Shown piece after piece: positions 19,333 to 29,422 of a DNA stretch of 64,000 bases (the first letter of the stretch is position 1; the number at the start of each line of letters is the position of its first letter). A program made the translations under genes and the position numbers. The DNA is from a virus. A model generated the notes under the pieces. The model worked only from the letters and a program-made list of their open reading frames with translations, made no database searches and was not told the DNA's origin. The stretch lies in the IMG/VR virus record IMGVR_UViG_3300042970_000016; one strand, given 5' to 3'.

Positions 19333-21339
19333 TTACTCTGATTTCTGATCGTCTGTGCGCCTCTGGACGATGCCTTGATGCACCCAGTACGAATCGGAGA
19401 GCTCTTTTAAGCGATCCCGCACGCACCTCTCGGTAAGACCCAGGTACTGTGCGATATCCTTCACCGTGACAGGATCACCCATGTTGCAGGCATCAAAAGC
19501 GGAGTCGATGGAAGTGCGCCGCTCATCTGCCGAGGTGTATTTCTTGCTCTTTGTAAGGTTTGCCTGCGGACTACCCTCGGCGAAAGCCTTCTCAAGTTCG
19601 CCCGTGGTGTCGATGCGGTGGATCGGGTATTCAAACCAGAAGTTGACCGGTCTGATGTTGGGAAACTCGCGGAGAGACGATTCCAGTCTCCATGCGGTCT
19701 CATTCCCGTCAGCCAGGTTGTTCTTCATGTCATCGGTGAGTTCGAGCTGGATCATGTCGAGCTGCGCGTCCGGGTCTCTTGCAAATACTCCGGAACCCGA
19801 TGCCCGGTCCATTGCCCGCTTGGCTCCCTGCAGGCCCTTGCTGTGGTGATGGCAGTAGATTGTGGCACAACCGGTCTCCTGACAGATCCGATCGAACTGG
19901 TTACAGAAGGCACCCATATCCGAGGCGTTGTTCTCGTCGCCGGTGATGATCTTGTAAATCGGGTCGATGATGATTGCGTCGAGGTTCTGATCGCGGACCC
20001 TGCGCAGCAGCTTTGGCACCAGCTGGTCAAGCGGGAGCGCGTGACCCCTCAGGTTCCAGACCACAATGTCGTCCGCGTGTTTCATCGGGATACCGAGTGC
20101 CTCGTAGATCTTGAGAAACCGGTTGATGGCGGATGAGGGATCAATCTCGAGGTTGACGTAGAGAACCCGGCCCTTCCTGCAGGAAAAACCGAGCCACTGG
20201 CGACCTTCCGCGATGGCGATGCAAAGTTCCATGAGAAGGAAACTCTTGCCTGCCTTGGACGAGCCGGAGATCAGCATCTTGTGACCGCAGCGGAGAATTC
20301 CCTGAATAAGCTCCTCCGGCAGAATCGGCGGATTGTCCTTGTAAGCGGACAGATCCACGAAGGAGGGAAGCTCGTCGTCGACACCCTCTGCAAAGTCGAG
20401 CCAGTCATTCCAGCTCTTCCTGCCGATATTCGTATCTACGAGGTACTGCCGGTTCCCGTTCCGGGTGACACCGGGCATGCGGGAGAGACGGGACGGATTG
20501 CGGTTCTGCTTGTCGATTGGGATGCCGTGTTTATCAAGAAAGTCGTAGAGAAACTCCACGCGCTTCCTGTACTCGTCCGCGTCCTTCGCATCGATGTGGA
20601 CGATGGCGTGCAGGCTCTTGCCGCCGGAGTGAACGAGTGCTGCAATTGGCAGTTCCATCTTGCGAAAGAGCGCGTTCTGATCCGCGATTGGAAGCGTGTC
20701 CGACTCGATGAGAGCGTACTGGAACCGGGTGACATTTTCGTTTTTGACGCCGGTTCCATCGACGGGGTTAAAACGAATCCAGGCACCGGCTTCCGGTTTC
20801 CAGTCACCTACCACCGCTCCGATATCGTCAGGGTGCTTTTTGAGAGCCGCGATGAGCTCATCCCTTGTCCTGTCGTAGACACCCTTTGACGGCACCCACT
20901 TGCCTTCCTCGTTCTGCCAGACGTCGTTTGTGACATAGGCCACATGATCGTCCGGCTCGAATAAGAGCTCGAGATAGGTGATGAGATCCTGTACGGGATT
21001 CCAGGTTTCCTGCGGGAAGCCGGTAAAGCTGTCTCCGTCGTAGGAGATCGCATCGTCCCAGTTCATACAGCCTGCTTCCCCGGTATAGGGAGCCCAGCCG
21101 CGGTCCTTTGCCATCTGGATGATGGTGCCAGCTTTGACCGGCTTCTCATTTCCGTGGAAACCGGCCCACTTCTTTTCACACTCGCCGGGGTGATACCGGG
21201 AGTCATTCTGGCTCCAGTCATCCCAGACCGAGCAGGGATAGCCTTCCTCCTTTAAGGCCATGCCGACCGCGATCCAATCGGCACGGGAAAGTTCAGCTAC
21301 ATTGATTGCCGAAAGGGCAGAGAGAATATTGTTGTCCAT
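19333..21339 (-). CDS. Primase (PriCT-2) / RepA-type AAA helicase fusion
   Basis: WIAVGMALK PriCT-2 motif, SGGKSLH, GSSKAGKS Walker A, IIIDPIYK Walker B. Confidence 0.9.
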   Translation of the reverse strand: MDNNILSALSAINVAELSRADWIAVGMALKEEGYPCSVWDDWSQNDSRYHPGECEKKWAGFHGNEKPVKAGTIIQMAKDRGWAPYTGEAGCMNWDDAISYDGDSFTGFPQETWNPVQDLITYLELLFEPDDHVAYVTNDVWQNEEGKWVPSKGVYDRTRDELIAALKKHPDDIGAVVGDWKPEAGAWIRFNPVDGTGVKNENVTRFQYALIESDTLPIADQNALFRKMELPIAALVHSGGKSLHAIVHIDAKDADEYRKRVEFLYDFLDKHGIPIDKQNRNPSRLSRMPGVTRNGNRQYLVDTNIGRKSWNDWLDFAEGVDDELPSFVDLSAYKDNPPILPEELIQGILRCGHKMLISGSSKAGKSFLLMELCIAIAEGRQWLGFSCRKGRVLYVNLEIDPSSAINRFLKIYEALGIPMKHADDIVVWNLRGHALPLDQLVPKLLRRVRDQNLDAIIIDPIYKIITGDENNASDMGAFCNQFDRICQETGCATIYCHHHSKGLQGAKRAMDRASGSGVFARDPDAQLDMIQLELTDDMKNNLADGNETAWRLESSLREFPNIRPVNFWFEYPIHRIDTTGELEKAFAEGSPQANLTKSKKYTSADERRTSIDSAFDACNMGDPVTVKDIAQYLGLTERCVRDRLKELSDSYWVHQGIVQRRTDDQKSE

Positions 21340-21351
21340 TGAAACCTCCTG

Positions 21352-22932
21352 TCAGGGTACGTATACGGCAGGTGTCATTCCGTGAGGAACGCACCAGTGA
21401 TGATTTGCGAGAATCGAGATGAGCTTGCTGGCATCCTCGAAGCGCCAGGTTCCGACCTGCCGAAAGCCGTATTTCTCGAGGCAGCGGATCTGCTTGGGCG
21501 TCGCAAGACCCTCCTGCTGACGGCGCATCAGCTTGTCGATCAGCATGGACGCCATTCCGGCATTGGTGACGGAGTCCGCATAGATGCCGCGATGTTCGAG
21601 AAATTCGAGCTGCTTCTGCGAGGGCGGTGCCATCTCCCATGCAAAGGTCGGTGTGTAGTTCGCAAGGTCCTCTGCTGCGATGGAGAGTGCGTATTGGAGC
21701 GGATCGACGAGCTTGCGTTTCCTTGTCCGCATAGCGGCGAGCTGTTTGGCAAGAGCGCTCTCACGCTCTGCAAGGACATCCCGCTCCGCCGATTCCTCGG
21801 TTTCCATGAGATCGTAGATGCCGTCATCCTTGGCGAGCTTCTCGTCCATCTTCTTCGCAATCTCCGTGTCCTTGCTGACAAGCGAAGACGGCCTGCAGAG
21901 ATCGTGTTTCTCGGACAGCCAGAGGAAGTCGAGGAGGAGCAGGTGATCCTTCCCGGGGGAAAGCCGCATGCCGCGGCCTACCATCTGCTGATACAGGCTC
22001 CGGATCCTTGTGGGGCGGAGTACGACCACGCAGTCGATAGAAGGACAATCCCAGCCCTCGGTGAGCAGCATGGAGTTGCACAGGACGTCGTACCTGCCAT
22101 TCTCAAAATCGGAGAGGACCTCCTCACGGTCGTCGCTGTTGCCGTTCACCTCGCAAGCCCTGAGTCCTGCCTTATTCAGCATCTGGCAGAACTTCTGGCT
22201 GATGGCGATAAGAGGAAGAAACACGACGGTCTTCCTGCCCTTACAGTAGTGGACCATCTCCTCAGCGATCTTTCCAAGATACGGCTCCAGCGCATTGCCG
22301 ATATCTCCGACGGCATAGTCGCCGTTTGAGATTCCGACATTCTCAAGGCTCATCTGCAGCGGAATCATCTGCGCCCGGATCGGGACGAGATATCCATCCC
22401 GAATGGCCTGGCTCATGCTGTATTCATAGGCTTCAGAGTCGAAGTACTGACCGAGCGTCTTCTTGTCGCCCCGGTCCGGCGTCGCCGTCACTCCGAGAAC
22501 ATTGGCACCTGAAAAATGAGAGAGAACCCTCTGATAGCTGTCAGAGAGGCAATGATGTGCCTCATCGACAACCACGGTCTTGAAGTAATCTGCGGGGAAC
22601 TTTGCGAGGCGCTTTTCCTGCGAGAGGGACTGCACAGATCCGACGGTGACAGGAACATCACTTCCGAGAGACGAACTCTCTGCCTTCTCCAGGACAGAAT
22701 CAATGCCGCAGGCATCGTGAAGCTTGTCTGCCGCCTGCTGGAGCAGCTCACCGCGATGGGCCATGACAAGGGCACGGCTGCCATCCTTGATTTCGTGCTC
22801 AATAACAGATGCGAAGGCGATCGTCTTTCCGCAGCCGGTAGGCAGCACCAGAAGGGTTTTCTGGTGCCCGGCCTGCCACTCGGAAAGCACTGCGTCCCTC
22901 GCCTCAATCTGATAAGGACGAAGGGTATACAT
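21352..22932 (-). CDS. DEAD/DEAH-box SF2 helicase
   Basis: LPTGCGKT, VVDEAHH, TATPDR, QMVGRGMR motifs. Confidence 0.93.
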   Translation of the reverse strand: MYTLRPYQIEARDAVLSEWQAGHQKTLLVLPTGCGKTIAFASVIEHEIKDGSRALVMAHRGELLQQAADKLHDACGIDSVLEKAESSSLGSDVPVTVGSVQSLSQEKRLAKFPADYFKTVVVDEAHHCLSDSYQRVLSHFSGANVLGVTATPDRGDKKTLGQYFDSEAYEYSMSQAIRDGYLVPIRAQMIPLQMSLENVGISNGDYAVGDIGNALEPYLGKIAEEMVHYCKGRKTVVFLPLIAISQKFCQMLNKAGLRACEVNGNSDDREEVLSDFENGRYDVLCNSMLLTEGWDCPSIDCVVVLRPTRIRSLYQQMVGRGMRLSPGKDHLLLLDFLWLSEKHDLCRPSSLVSKDTEIAKKMDEKLAKDDGIYDLMETEESAERDVLAERESALAKQLAAMRTRKRKLVDPLQYALSIAAEDLANYTPTFAWEMAPPSQKQLEFLEHRGIYADSVTNAGMASMLIDKLMRRQQEGLATPKQIRCLEKYGFRQVGTWRFEDASKLISILANHHWCVPHGMTPAVYVP

Positions 22933-22946
22933 GGAACACTCCTTTC

Positions 22947-23459
22947 TTAGTTGAACGGAAGCTCTGCGTCTTCCGGAATTTCCATGAACTGGTCGTCCTC
23001 ATCCGGCGGCATCAGAGATTCGTCATAGTCGAGGAACCGTTCGACCTCGTTTTTCTGGTGCTCCTTGCCATCGTTCTTGCCGACGAAGGTAGCGGGCTTG
23101 AAGTGTGCCCTGCCGCGGGAGCCCTGGACCTTGCTCCAATCCATCTGGAGACGCTCACCATGCTTCTTCTGACCGATGCACCGGAAGAAACTGGAGATCT
23201 TCCACTCGAGCGACCGGTACAGGATGATGTCGGTGTGAGCGATGGCGATACCGTCATCGGTCTTCACCTGCAGGGTGAGGTTTGCCTTGTTGCACGGCGG
23301 GATCTTCTGGCTTCCGGGATATCTCCCTCGCTCGAAACCGGTGACCTTGAAGACATAGTCGCCTTCGGGAAGAATCACGAACTGCTGGCCATCGTTCTCG
23401 ATGGAGTCGCCCCAGTCCATGATTCCGGTTGACGGGTTATTGCTGTTGTAGTCTGCCAT
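22947..23459 (-). CDS. DUF669-like single-strand DNA-binding protein
   Basis: Follows AAA_24 gene; acidic tail ending ELPFN. Confidence 0.7.
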   Translation of the reverse strand: MADYNSNNPSTGIMDWGDSIENDGQQFVILPEGDYVFKVTGFERGRYPGSQKIPPCNKANLTLQVKTDDGIAIAHTDIILYRSLEWKISSFFRCIGQKKHGERLQMDWSKVQGSRGRAHFKPATFVGKNDGKEHQKNEVERFLDYDESLMPPDEDDQFMEIPEDAELPFN

Positions 23460-23470
23460 AATGGGCCTCC

Positions 23471-24439
23471 TTACCTGTTGTTCCCGGTGCTCTCACCGGG
23501 GTGCTTGATTGCTGCCTTGATCTGGGACCAGTACTTCAGAACCCAGGCATTGATGAACTTCTCCGTGTACTGCGATACCGGCGTAGCTTCCGGGTAGTGA
23601 CCTTTGCCTGCCACGAACTTCCGGAGTTCCTCTTCCGTGATGCCGTCCTGCGTAAGAAGAGCCTTAACCTTGGAATAGGGTGTTTCTGTTGCAGGTGTCG
23701 AATTCTCAGACGCTGCCTTTGTGGGAGCAGCATCAAAGATCGGCGCGAGATACTTGAAATCCATGTCGAGTTTGTCCGGAAGACCGTGACGGTTCTTCGC
23801 ATCCCAGCAGGGGTGATGGCTGGTGTACATGACACGCTTCCCGCCCTGAACCTTTGCGGTGTTGTTTTCGCTGTTCACCACGAAGGTCTCGTAGTTGCAG
23901 AACAGCAGCAGGTCGCACCATTCCTTGAGGAGCGGAGCCGACTGCCGGGTGAGTTTCATTTCCCAGCGGTCGTAAGCACCCATCTCGTCCGGCTGTTCGA
24001 ACTTGCGCATTTTGGCATGTGCGGTCACGACGACGTTCTTGCCGGATGCGATGACAGAATCGAGAGCAGAGAGAAGTCGGGCGAACTCCTCGCCGATGTA
24101 CGTGTAGCCCTTGCCGTAACCGAAAGCTTCGATCGAGGGCTGGTTGTATTTCTTCAGGATGTGATCGATTGCCATCTGCTCTGCCCAGTCAGCCGTATCG
24201 AGAACGAGGCTCTTGCAGATATCCGGTGTGGCTGCGACCTCCTTGATGACCGAAATCAGATCCTCCCAGTTTTCCGGTTTCTGGATCCTGCGGACATCTA
24301 GGTGGGCACTGCCGCCCTCGGTGTCGATAAACAGGGGATCCGGCATCTTTGAGGCAAGAGTCGTCTTGCCGATGCCCTCCGGGCCGTAGATCACGACCTT
24401 CTGTGGTCGCGCCACGATACCACGTGAAATGTTGAGCAT
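23471..24439 (-). CDS. AAA_24 ATPase (Sak4-like single-strand annealing protein)
   Basis: YGPEGIGKTT, IDTEGGS, LVLDTADW motifs. Confidence 0.88.
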   Translation of the reverse strand: MLNISRGIVARPQKVVIYGPEGIGKTTLASKMPDPLFIDTEGGSAHLDVRRIQKPENWEDLISVIKEVAATPDICKSLVLDTADWAEQMAIDHILKKYNQPSIEAFGYGKGYTYIGEEFARLLSALDSVIASGKNVVVTAHAKMRKFEQPDEMGAYDRWEMKLTRQSAPLLKEWCDLLLFCNYETFVVNSENNTAKVQGGKRVMYTSHHPCWDAKNRHGLPDKLDMDFKYLAPIFDAAPTKAASENSTPATETPYSKVKALLTQDGITEEELRKFVAGKGHYPEATPVSQYTEKFINAWVLKYWSQIKAAIKHPGESTGNNR

Positions 24440-24452
24440 GATAAAAACCTCC

Positions 24453-24968
24453 TTATCTGAGACTTGTGCTGTAATCGTTGATGACGCTGACACCCGGCAC
24501 CTTCTCGCCGGAGCCTATGAGCTTCTTGACTTCCGCCTTGGCGACCTCTGGTTCCGGGACCCGGTAGCAATCCGTGAACTTGTGGCGCCTCAGCCACCGG
24601 ACTGCCTTCGCGGAATCGGTGACTTCCACATGGGAGGTCTTCCGATAGGAGAAGGTCGCAATCTCGAGATCGGTCTTCTCCCCGGCACACTCGCGGTCGA
24701 GCACATGCATCAGCTGGTCCTCCTTCTTGGAAAGCCGTGTACGTCTTGCCTTGAGCCTATCCTCCTCGGCCTTAAGGGCTGCCTCTTCGGAGCGGAGATT
24801 GAGGACGAGCTTTGCCAGCCAGACGAGAATGGATTTCTTCTGCATCTGGAGCTTGTTGATCTCGTCGAAGAGGTCCTCTGCGCTTCCGAGGATCTCTCCG
24901 GTTTCCGGATCAAACTCGATTGCATCGGTGAGACGCAGGATTTCGGCATTGATTTCATACAGTTTCAT
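24453..24968 (-). CDS. Siphovirus Gp157 family protein
   Basis: MKLYEIN start, coiled coil, typical position before Sak4. Confidence 0.85.
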   Translation of the reverse strand: MKLYEINAEILRLTDAIEFDPETGEILGSAEDLFDEINKLQMQKKSILVWLAKLVLNLRSEEAALKAEEDRLKARRTRLSKKEDQLMHVLDRECAGEKTDLEIATFSYRKTSHVEVTDSAKAVRWLRRHKFTDCYRVPEPEVAKAEVKKLIGSGEKVPGVSVINDYSTSLR

Positions 24969-25155
24969 CAAGCGGATCCTCCATTTCTTCGATGTCAACG
25001 GACTCTACCGAGTCGCCAGGGACGATGATCGTAAGCTTCTGCCGACGTCCGAGAAGCAGGCGCAGCAGCTTTTCCCGGATTGTGACCTTGCGGACGTTTA
25101 CGATCCCGCCGTCTCTTGGGTGTTTGGAATAGGTAATGAATACGTTGTGATTCAT
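24955..25155 (-). CDS. Small conserved phage protein (66 aa)
   Basis: AAGGAG RBS; VTIREKLLRLLLG...IIVPGDSV motif. Confidence 0.65.
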   Translation of the reverse strand: MNHNVFITYSKHPRDGGIVNVRKVTIREKLLRLLLGRRQKLTIIVPGDSVESVDIEEMEDPLDETV

Positions 25156-25241
25156 CTGATCTCCTTTCTGAAAGGAATCCCTGTCCTTTCACTGTTAAAC
25201 AGAAAAGGGGTGGGGATATTGAGGGGGACCTTTGAAAAAAA

Positions 25242-25637
25242 TCAGCAGAAGTTTTTCATGATCTTTCTGGCCTGATTGATCGACTCTTTTACCGTGTTGA
25301 AGGCAGCGCCTTCTTCCCGGGCGATGGCGGCGATGGATTTGCCAGATGCCAGCTTTAAGAGGCGGCGACGCTGTGTTTCTGTCAGAGTCCTGAGCCCGCG
25401 GGACAGGCTCTCGCCCTCGCATTTTCGAAGATAGATAGTCTCCGGGTTGCTTCCGTTGTCGCAAAAGTTCTGACTTTCATAGGAATCCGGATCATCAATG
25501 GAGAAAGCTGCGTGATAGCGTTCTCGTTCATTGCCTGCATGCTCCTTCTTCCGGGAATCGACGATAAACGTTCCGTATTCATCCTCCATTGCGACATCCT
25601 TCTTGGTGCCATCTGCAAATTTGTAACTGATACGCAT
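25242..25637 (-). CDS. Sigma-70 region 4 HTH regulator (131 aa)
   Basis: LRTLTETQRR...IAAIAREEGAAFNTVKESI region-4 HTH. Confidence 0.8.
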   Translation of the reverse strand: MRISYKFADGTKKDVAMEDEYGTFIVDSRKKEHAGNERERYHAAFSIDDPDSYESQNFCDNGSNPETIYLRKCEGESLSRGLRTLTETQRRRLLKLASGKSIAAIAREEGAAFNTVKESINQARKIMKNFC

Positions 25638-25640
25638 AAA

Positions 25641-25677
25641 GAAACCTCCATTTCGTGTGGTTTGAAACGGAGGCTTC
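25641..25677 (-). promoter_or_regulatory. RBS-sequestering hairpin of the sigma-like gene
   Basis: GAAGCCTCCGTTTC-N9-GAAATGGAGGTTTC pairs the GGAGG Shine-Dalgarno. Confidence 0.6.
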
Positions 25678-25900
25678 TAAGCGCAGCAAAGCACAGAAAA
25701 AAGGACATGGGCTGCCTGTCAAAAACGATTCCGTTTCGATAGCAGCCCAGTCCTTCCGGTGGCCTGGGCTTTCTTATTTAGTTGCGTTCAACACAGGTCC
25801 CGGAAACTCTGCAGTAGTGATCTGTGTCCGTTGGCCGTAAAAAGAGGGAAACGATAACTTTTTAAGATCAATCGAGATATTCACTTTCGCGAACATTAAA

Positions 25901-25929
25901 TTGACGATAGCGGTTATTCATGTTAAACT
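25901..25929 (+). promoter_or_regulatory. SigA-type promoter for the cargo operon
   Basis: TTGACG-N17-TAAACT with extended TG. Confidence 0.6.
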
Positions 25930-26013
25930 CTTTTCATAGCCGTTATTTTAGGAAAGTGATCGACTTCCTTATGCATTCAGTGTAGATGGCGGAGCGTGGA
26001 AAGTCGTTACCGA

Positions 26014-26045
26014 GAAGTTGCCATGAAGTTGCCATGAAATTACCC
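26014..26045. repeat. 11-bp tandem repeat, putative operator
   Basis: GAAGTTGCCAT x2 followed by degenerate GAAATTACCC. Confidence 0.6.
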
Positions 26046-26071
26046 GGCAAAGAACGGGGGTTCGTCTGCGT

Positions 26072-27262
26072 ATGAACGACTACAATATTTCTTTCTTGAT
26101 ACAGGAGCTGATAAAAGGCGCGGCCTTCACGCAGATTGCAGCTGGAGAGCTGTTGTTGAACATGGTTGCTCAGCATCCGAATGTGAATGTTGATGTCAAT
26201 AAGAAGATGATCAGCCGTCTGGCGAATAGACAGGATGAGGTTCAGTCAGCGATACAGAGCGCTGCGGGGAGTCAGGCGATATTGGGTTACGCTGAGAACT
26301 ATGTAAAAGAAAAGATCATCCCTGTTCTTTCGTTGATTGCGCAGACGCAGATCGCGTCGGATATTCTGGCGCAGATGAAGAGAGATACATCTGTGCCGGA
26401 TAAGATTATTTCCAACTGTGAGATGCAGTATCAGAACACGGATTATGTGGGATTCTTCAGGGACGCGATTCTCTTTGCGCTGGGCAGGGGACATAACACC
26501 TTGCCGGAAGCGAAGGTAAAGAGTGATGATTTCTACTATTTGACGGAAGCCGACAGTAGATGTCCTCACTGCGGAAACAGACTCTGGAAAAAGGTAAATG
26601 GTAAAGTGCGGAACCAATACCGTATCATCCACATTTATCCGGAGGATCTGGAGAAAGACCAAGAAGCAGAATTTGTGAAGATCAAGCCACGACCGATACA
26701 GTTGGATGTCCCGGAGAACAAGATTGCGCTCTGTCAGGATTGCGCGGAGGAATACCTGATGGATCCGACTGCAGAGGAGTACCAGAGTCTGCTTGAGAAA
26801 AAGCAGGAGATCTCCCGCCACACAAAGGAGCGAGAGATCTCTTCTAAATCAAATCTTGAGGACGAAATTGTAGATGTGATCAAAGCGATCGCACAGCCAG
26901 ATGCTGGAAAAGGAATGCCACCATTTGCCCAGGTTCTTTCTCTTGATGAGAAGTTCAAGCCGGAATTTTCCACCTTGAAGCGAACCGTGACGGGATGGGT
27001 GAACGACTTCTACCCTTTTGTGGAAAAGCAGTTCTCGATCAATGACACCAACTCTGCGAATACATCGGACCTGATCCGTGCTGAAGTGAACACCATCTAC
27101 CTTCAATACAAGAAGCTCGGTATGAATCAACAGGAAATCTGCGATTCCATTGCGAACTGGATGCTGAACAAAAATGGACTCGACACCCAGTACAAAACAG
27201 CATGCTACATTGTGGTGGCATTCTTCATACAGAACTGCGCCATCTTTGAAGCGGCCTCATGA
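26072..27262 (+). CDS. lmuA: Lamassu/ABC-3C effector: N-terminal helical domain + HNH-like domain + C-terminal domain
   Basis: CPHC...IIHIYP...NKIALCQDC; ends IVVAFFIQNCAIFE as in ABC-3C CTDs; first gene of three-gene cluster. Confidence 0.75.
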   Translation: MNDYNISFLIQELIKGAAFTQIAAGELLLNMVAQHPNVNVDVNKKMISRLANRQDEVQSAIQSAAGSQAILGYAENYVKEKIIPVLSLIAQTQIASDILAQMKRDTSVPDKIISNCEMQYQNTDYVGFFRDAILFALGRGHNTLPEAKVKSDDFYYLTEADSRCPHCGNRLWKKVNGKVRNQYRIIHIYPEDLEKDQEAEFVKIKPRPIQLDVPENKIALCQDCAEEYLMDPTAEEYQSLLEKKQEISRHTKEREISSKSNLEDEIVDVIKAIAQPDAGKGMPPFAQVLSLDEKFKPEFSTLKRTVTGWVNDFYPFVEKQFSINDTNSANTSDLIRAEVNTIYLQYKKLGMNQQEICDSIANWMLNKNGLDTQYKTACYIVVAFFIQNCAIFEAAS

Positions 27263-27278
27263 AAGGGAATGTAACGAT

Positions 27279-27518
27279 ATGCGCATGCCAAGCAGGGTAA
27301 CCCCCTATAAGAAGAGCACCCTTGCAGAGTTCCCTATTATTCTGCGGGAGCTGAAAACCGTGGATCTGACGCCAGTTGAGCTGTACGAGAAGGTAAAGAA
27401 AAAAGTGCCGTTTGAGGATTTCGTTGAGGCGCTCGACTGCCTGTACATTCTTGACCGCATAGAACTATTAGAAGACGTGGAGGTTCTGCATTATGTTGAC
27501 AGAGTTAAGGTGCAGTAA
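27279..27518 (+). CDS. lmuC: ABC-3C middle component (79 aa)
   Basis: MRMPSRVTPYKKS...ALDCLYILDRIE; lies between effector and ATPase. Confidence 0.75.
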   Translation: MRMPSRVTPYKKSTLAEFPIILRELKTVDLTPVELYEKVKKKVPFEDFVEALDCLYILDRIELLEDVEVLHYVDRVKVQ

Positions 27519-29148
27519 GTTCCGCCCGGGAATCCAGAAGATCACCTTTCGCGAAGGATTGAATACGGTGCTCGGTACTGAAGAGGGTACCAACTCCGCA
27601 GGAAAGTCTACGTTTCTGCTTATTCTTGACTTTGTCTTCGGAGGGAGTGACTACTCGCAGAAACTGAAGAAGTTGAAAGAAGCTTGGAAGTATCTCGAAG
27701 ATCAGACCATAGAATTTGCCTTTGAGTTTGGCGGTGAGAAGTACTACTTTTCAAGGTCCGTGAAAGAGCCCTCGATTGTGACGACATGTGATTCAGATTA
27801 TCAGCCGCTGGAAGACGGCAAGATGACATTGGAAAACTATCAGAAATTCCTTGCAAAGAAATATGGTCTCACCGAGTATGGGCTCACATTCAGGAATGCT
27901 GTAGGTCGCTTCATCCGTGTGGATCATCGGGATACGATGAACGAGGAGAAGCCATTCAAAGAAGCGGCGAGTGAAAAGGATGAGGATGCGATCACCGGGA
28001 TCATCAAGCTGTATGGTCAGTACGAGGCGGTCGAGATACAGCAGAAAACGACCAAAGATGCCAAGGAAAGGGCAAAGACCTATAGCAGTGCGGTGAATTT
28101 CAACTACATCAAAAGTCCCGGATCCCTGAGCGAGTATAAGGAGAACGCAGCCAGAATTGATATCCTCGCTGTAGAAACCGAGGAGCTGGCAAAAAAGAGC
28201 AGTGAAGGTTTGCTGGATCTAAAATCGGAGCAGTCAGATCGGCTGAGAGAGATCCAGACGGAACTATCGGATTTCCGAAGACAGCGAGTGCAGCTCACAG
28301 CAAGGCTGGAGTCCATAAAACGAAGCCAGGACGAAATCAAGAAGTCATTTCCAAAGGATTACAGTGATTTGCAGGAGTTCTTTCCAGATGTCAACGTGGA
28401 ACGGCTCAAGACAGTTGATGAATTTCATCGAAGCCTGATGAAGATTCTACGGAAACAGCTGAAAGACAGCGCTGATGATCTAGAGGCAATGATTGCACTG
28501 GCCGATGAAAAGATCAAACAGCTTGAAGAGGAGAAAAAGAGGATCTCGAGAATTCCTAATGTGGCGCAGGAAGTACTGGACCGGTATTCCAAGCTCAAAG
28601 GGGAAATGCAGATGCTGCAGCAGGCAAATGCTTCCTACGACGAGAAGGACAGAGTCAAGCAGGAAAGCAAGAAGCAGCAGGAATCACTGGACAGTCTTGT
28701 CGTTCATACCATGAACGGTATTCTGAAACCGATCAATGATTCCATGAGAGAGATGCATCAGGATCTGTTCGGAATGAATATTGTGCCACCATCAATTTCC
28801 GTGCAGAGCGCAAGCTCTTATACGTTGAATCACGGCGGCGACAATGGTTTGAGTTCCCGATATGAGGGGTTGCTGTTCTTCGACCTGGCAGTCTTTCAGA
28901 CAGGGAAGATTCCTTTTCTGATCCACGACTCAAACTTCTATCCAACCATCAACGATGATGTCGTGGAGAAGCTGATCAGAATTTATCAAGATGCCGCGAA
29001 GGGCAGACAAATCTTTATTGCATTTGATAAGACAGCAACTCCTGCTGCCATGGAGATTCTCAAGAGCACAGAGGTGCTCCATCTCGGAAGAGGCGGGGAA
29101 TCCCTCTATGGCAGAAAGTTCAACGAAACGAAGTCAGAAAGTTTGTAA
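27493..29148 (+). CDS. lmuB: SMC-like ABC ATPase (DUF2326)
   Basis: NSAGKST Walker A, long coiled coil, FLIHDS Walker B, QIFIAFDK. Confidence 0.8.
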   Translation: MLTELRCSKFRPGIQKITFREGLNTVLGTEEGTNSAGKSTFLLILDFVFGGSDYSQKLKKLKEAWKYLEDQTIEFAFEFGGEKYYFSRSVKEPSIVTTCDSDYQPLEDGKMTLENYQKFLAKKYGLTEYGLTFRNAVGRFIRVDHRDTMNEEKPFKEAASEKDEDAITGIIKLYGQYEAVEIQQKTTKDAKERAKTYSSAVNFNYIKSPGSLSEYKENAARIDILAVETEELAKKSSEGLLDLKSEQSDRLREIQTELSDFRRQRVQLTARLESIKRSQDEIKKSFPKDYSDLQEFFPDVNVERLKTVDEFHRSLMKILRKQLKDSADDLEAMIALADEKIKQLEEEKKRISRIPNVAQEVLDRYSKLKGEMQMLQQANASYDEKDRVKQESKKQQESLDSLVVHTMNGILKPINDSMREMHQDLFGMNIVPPSISVQSASSYTLNHGGDNGLSSRYEGLLFFDLAVFQTGKIPFLIHDSNFYPTINDDVVEKLIRIYQDAAKGRQIFIAFDKTATPAAMEILKSTEVLHLGRGGESLYGRKFNETKSESL

Positions 29149-29167
29149 AGATCGAGGAACATGCAGA

Positions 29168-29413
29168 ATGCACATTTCATATAAGAAGTTGTGGAAACTG
29201 TTGATCGACAGAGATATGAACAAGCAAGATCTCAGGAAGCTTTGTGGCTTGAGCTCTGCTTCAATTGCAAAGCTGGGCAAGGGCGAGAATATCACAACGG
29301 ATGTTTTGGTCAGGATTTGTGAGGGACTACATTGCGAGCTCGAGGACATCATGGAGCTCGAAGAAGATGAGATCAAAGCAACAGATACGCAATCAACTGT
29401 AGATGAGGGATGA
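29168..29413 (+). CDS. Cro/C1-type HTH regulator
   Basis: ISYKKLWKLLIDRDMNKQDL...IAKLGKGENITTDVLVRIC. Confidence 0.9.
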   Translation: MHISYKKLWKLLIDRDMNKQDLRKLCGLSSASIAKLGKGENITTDVLVRICEGLHCELEDIMELEEDEIKATDTQSTVDEG

Positions 29414-29422
29414 CAATAAGAC

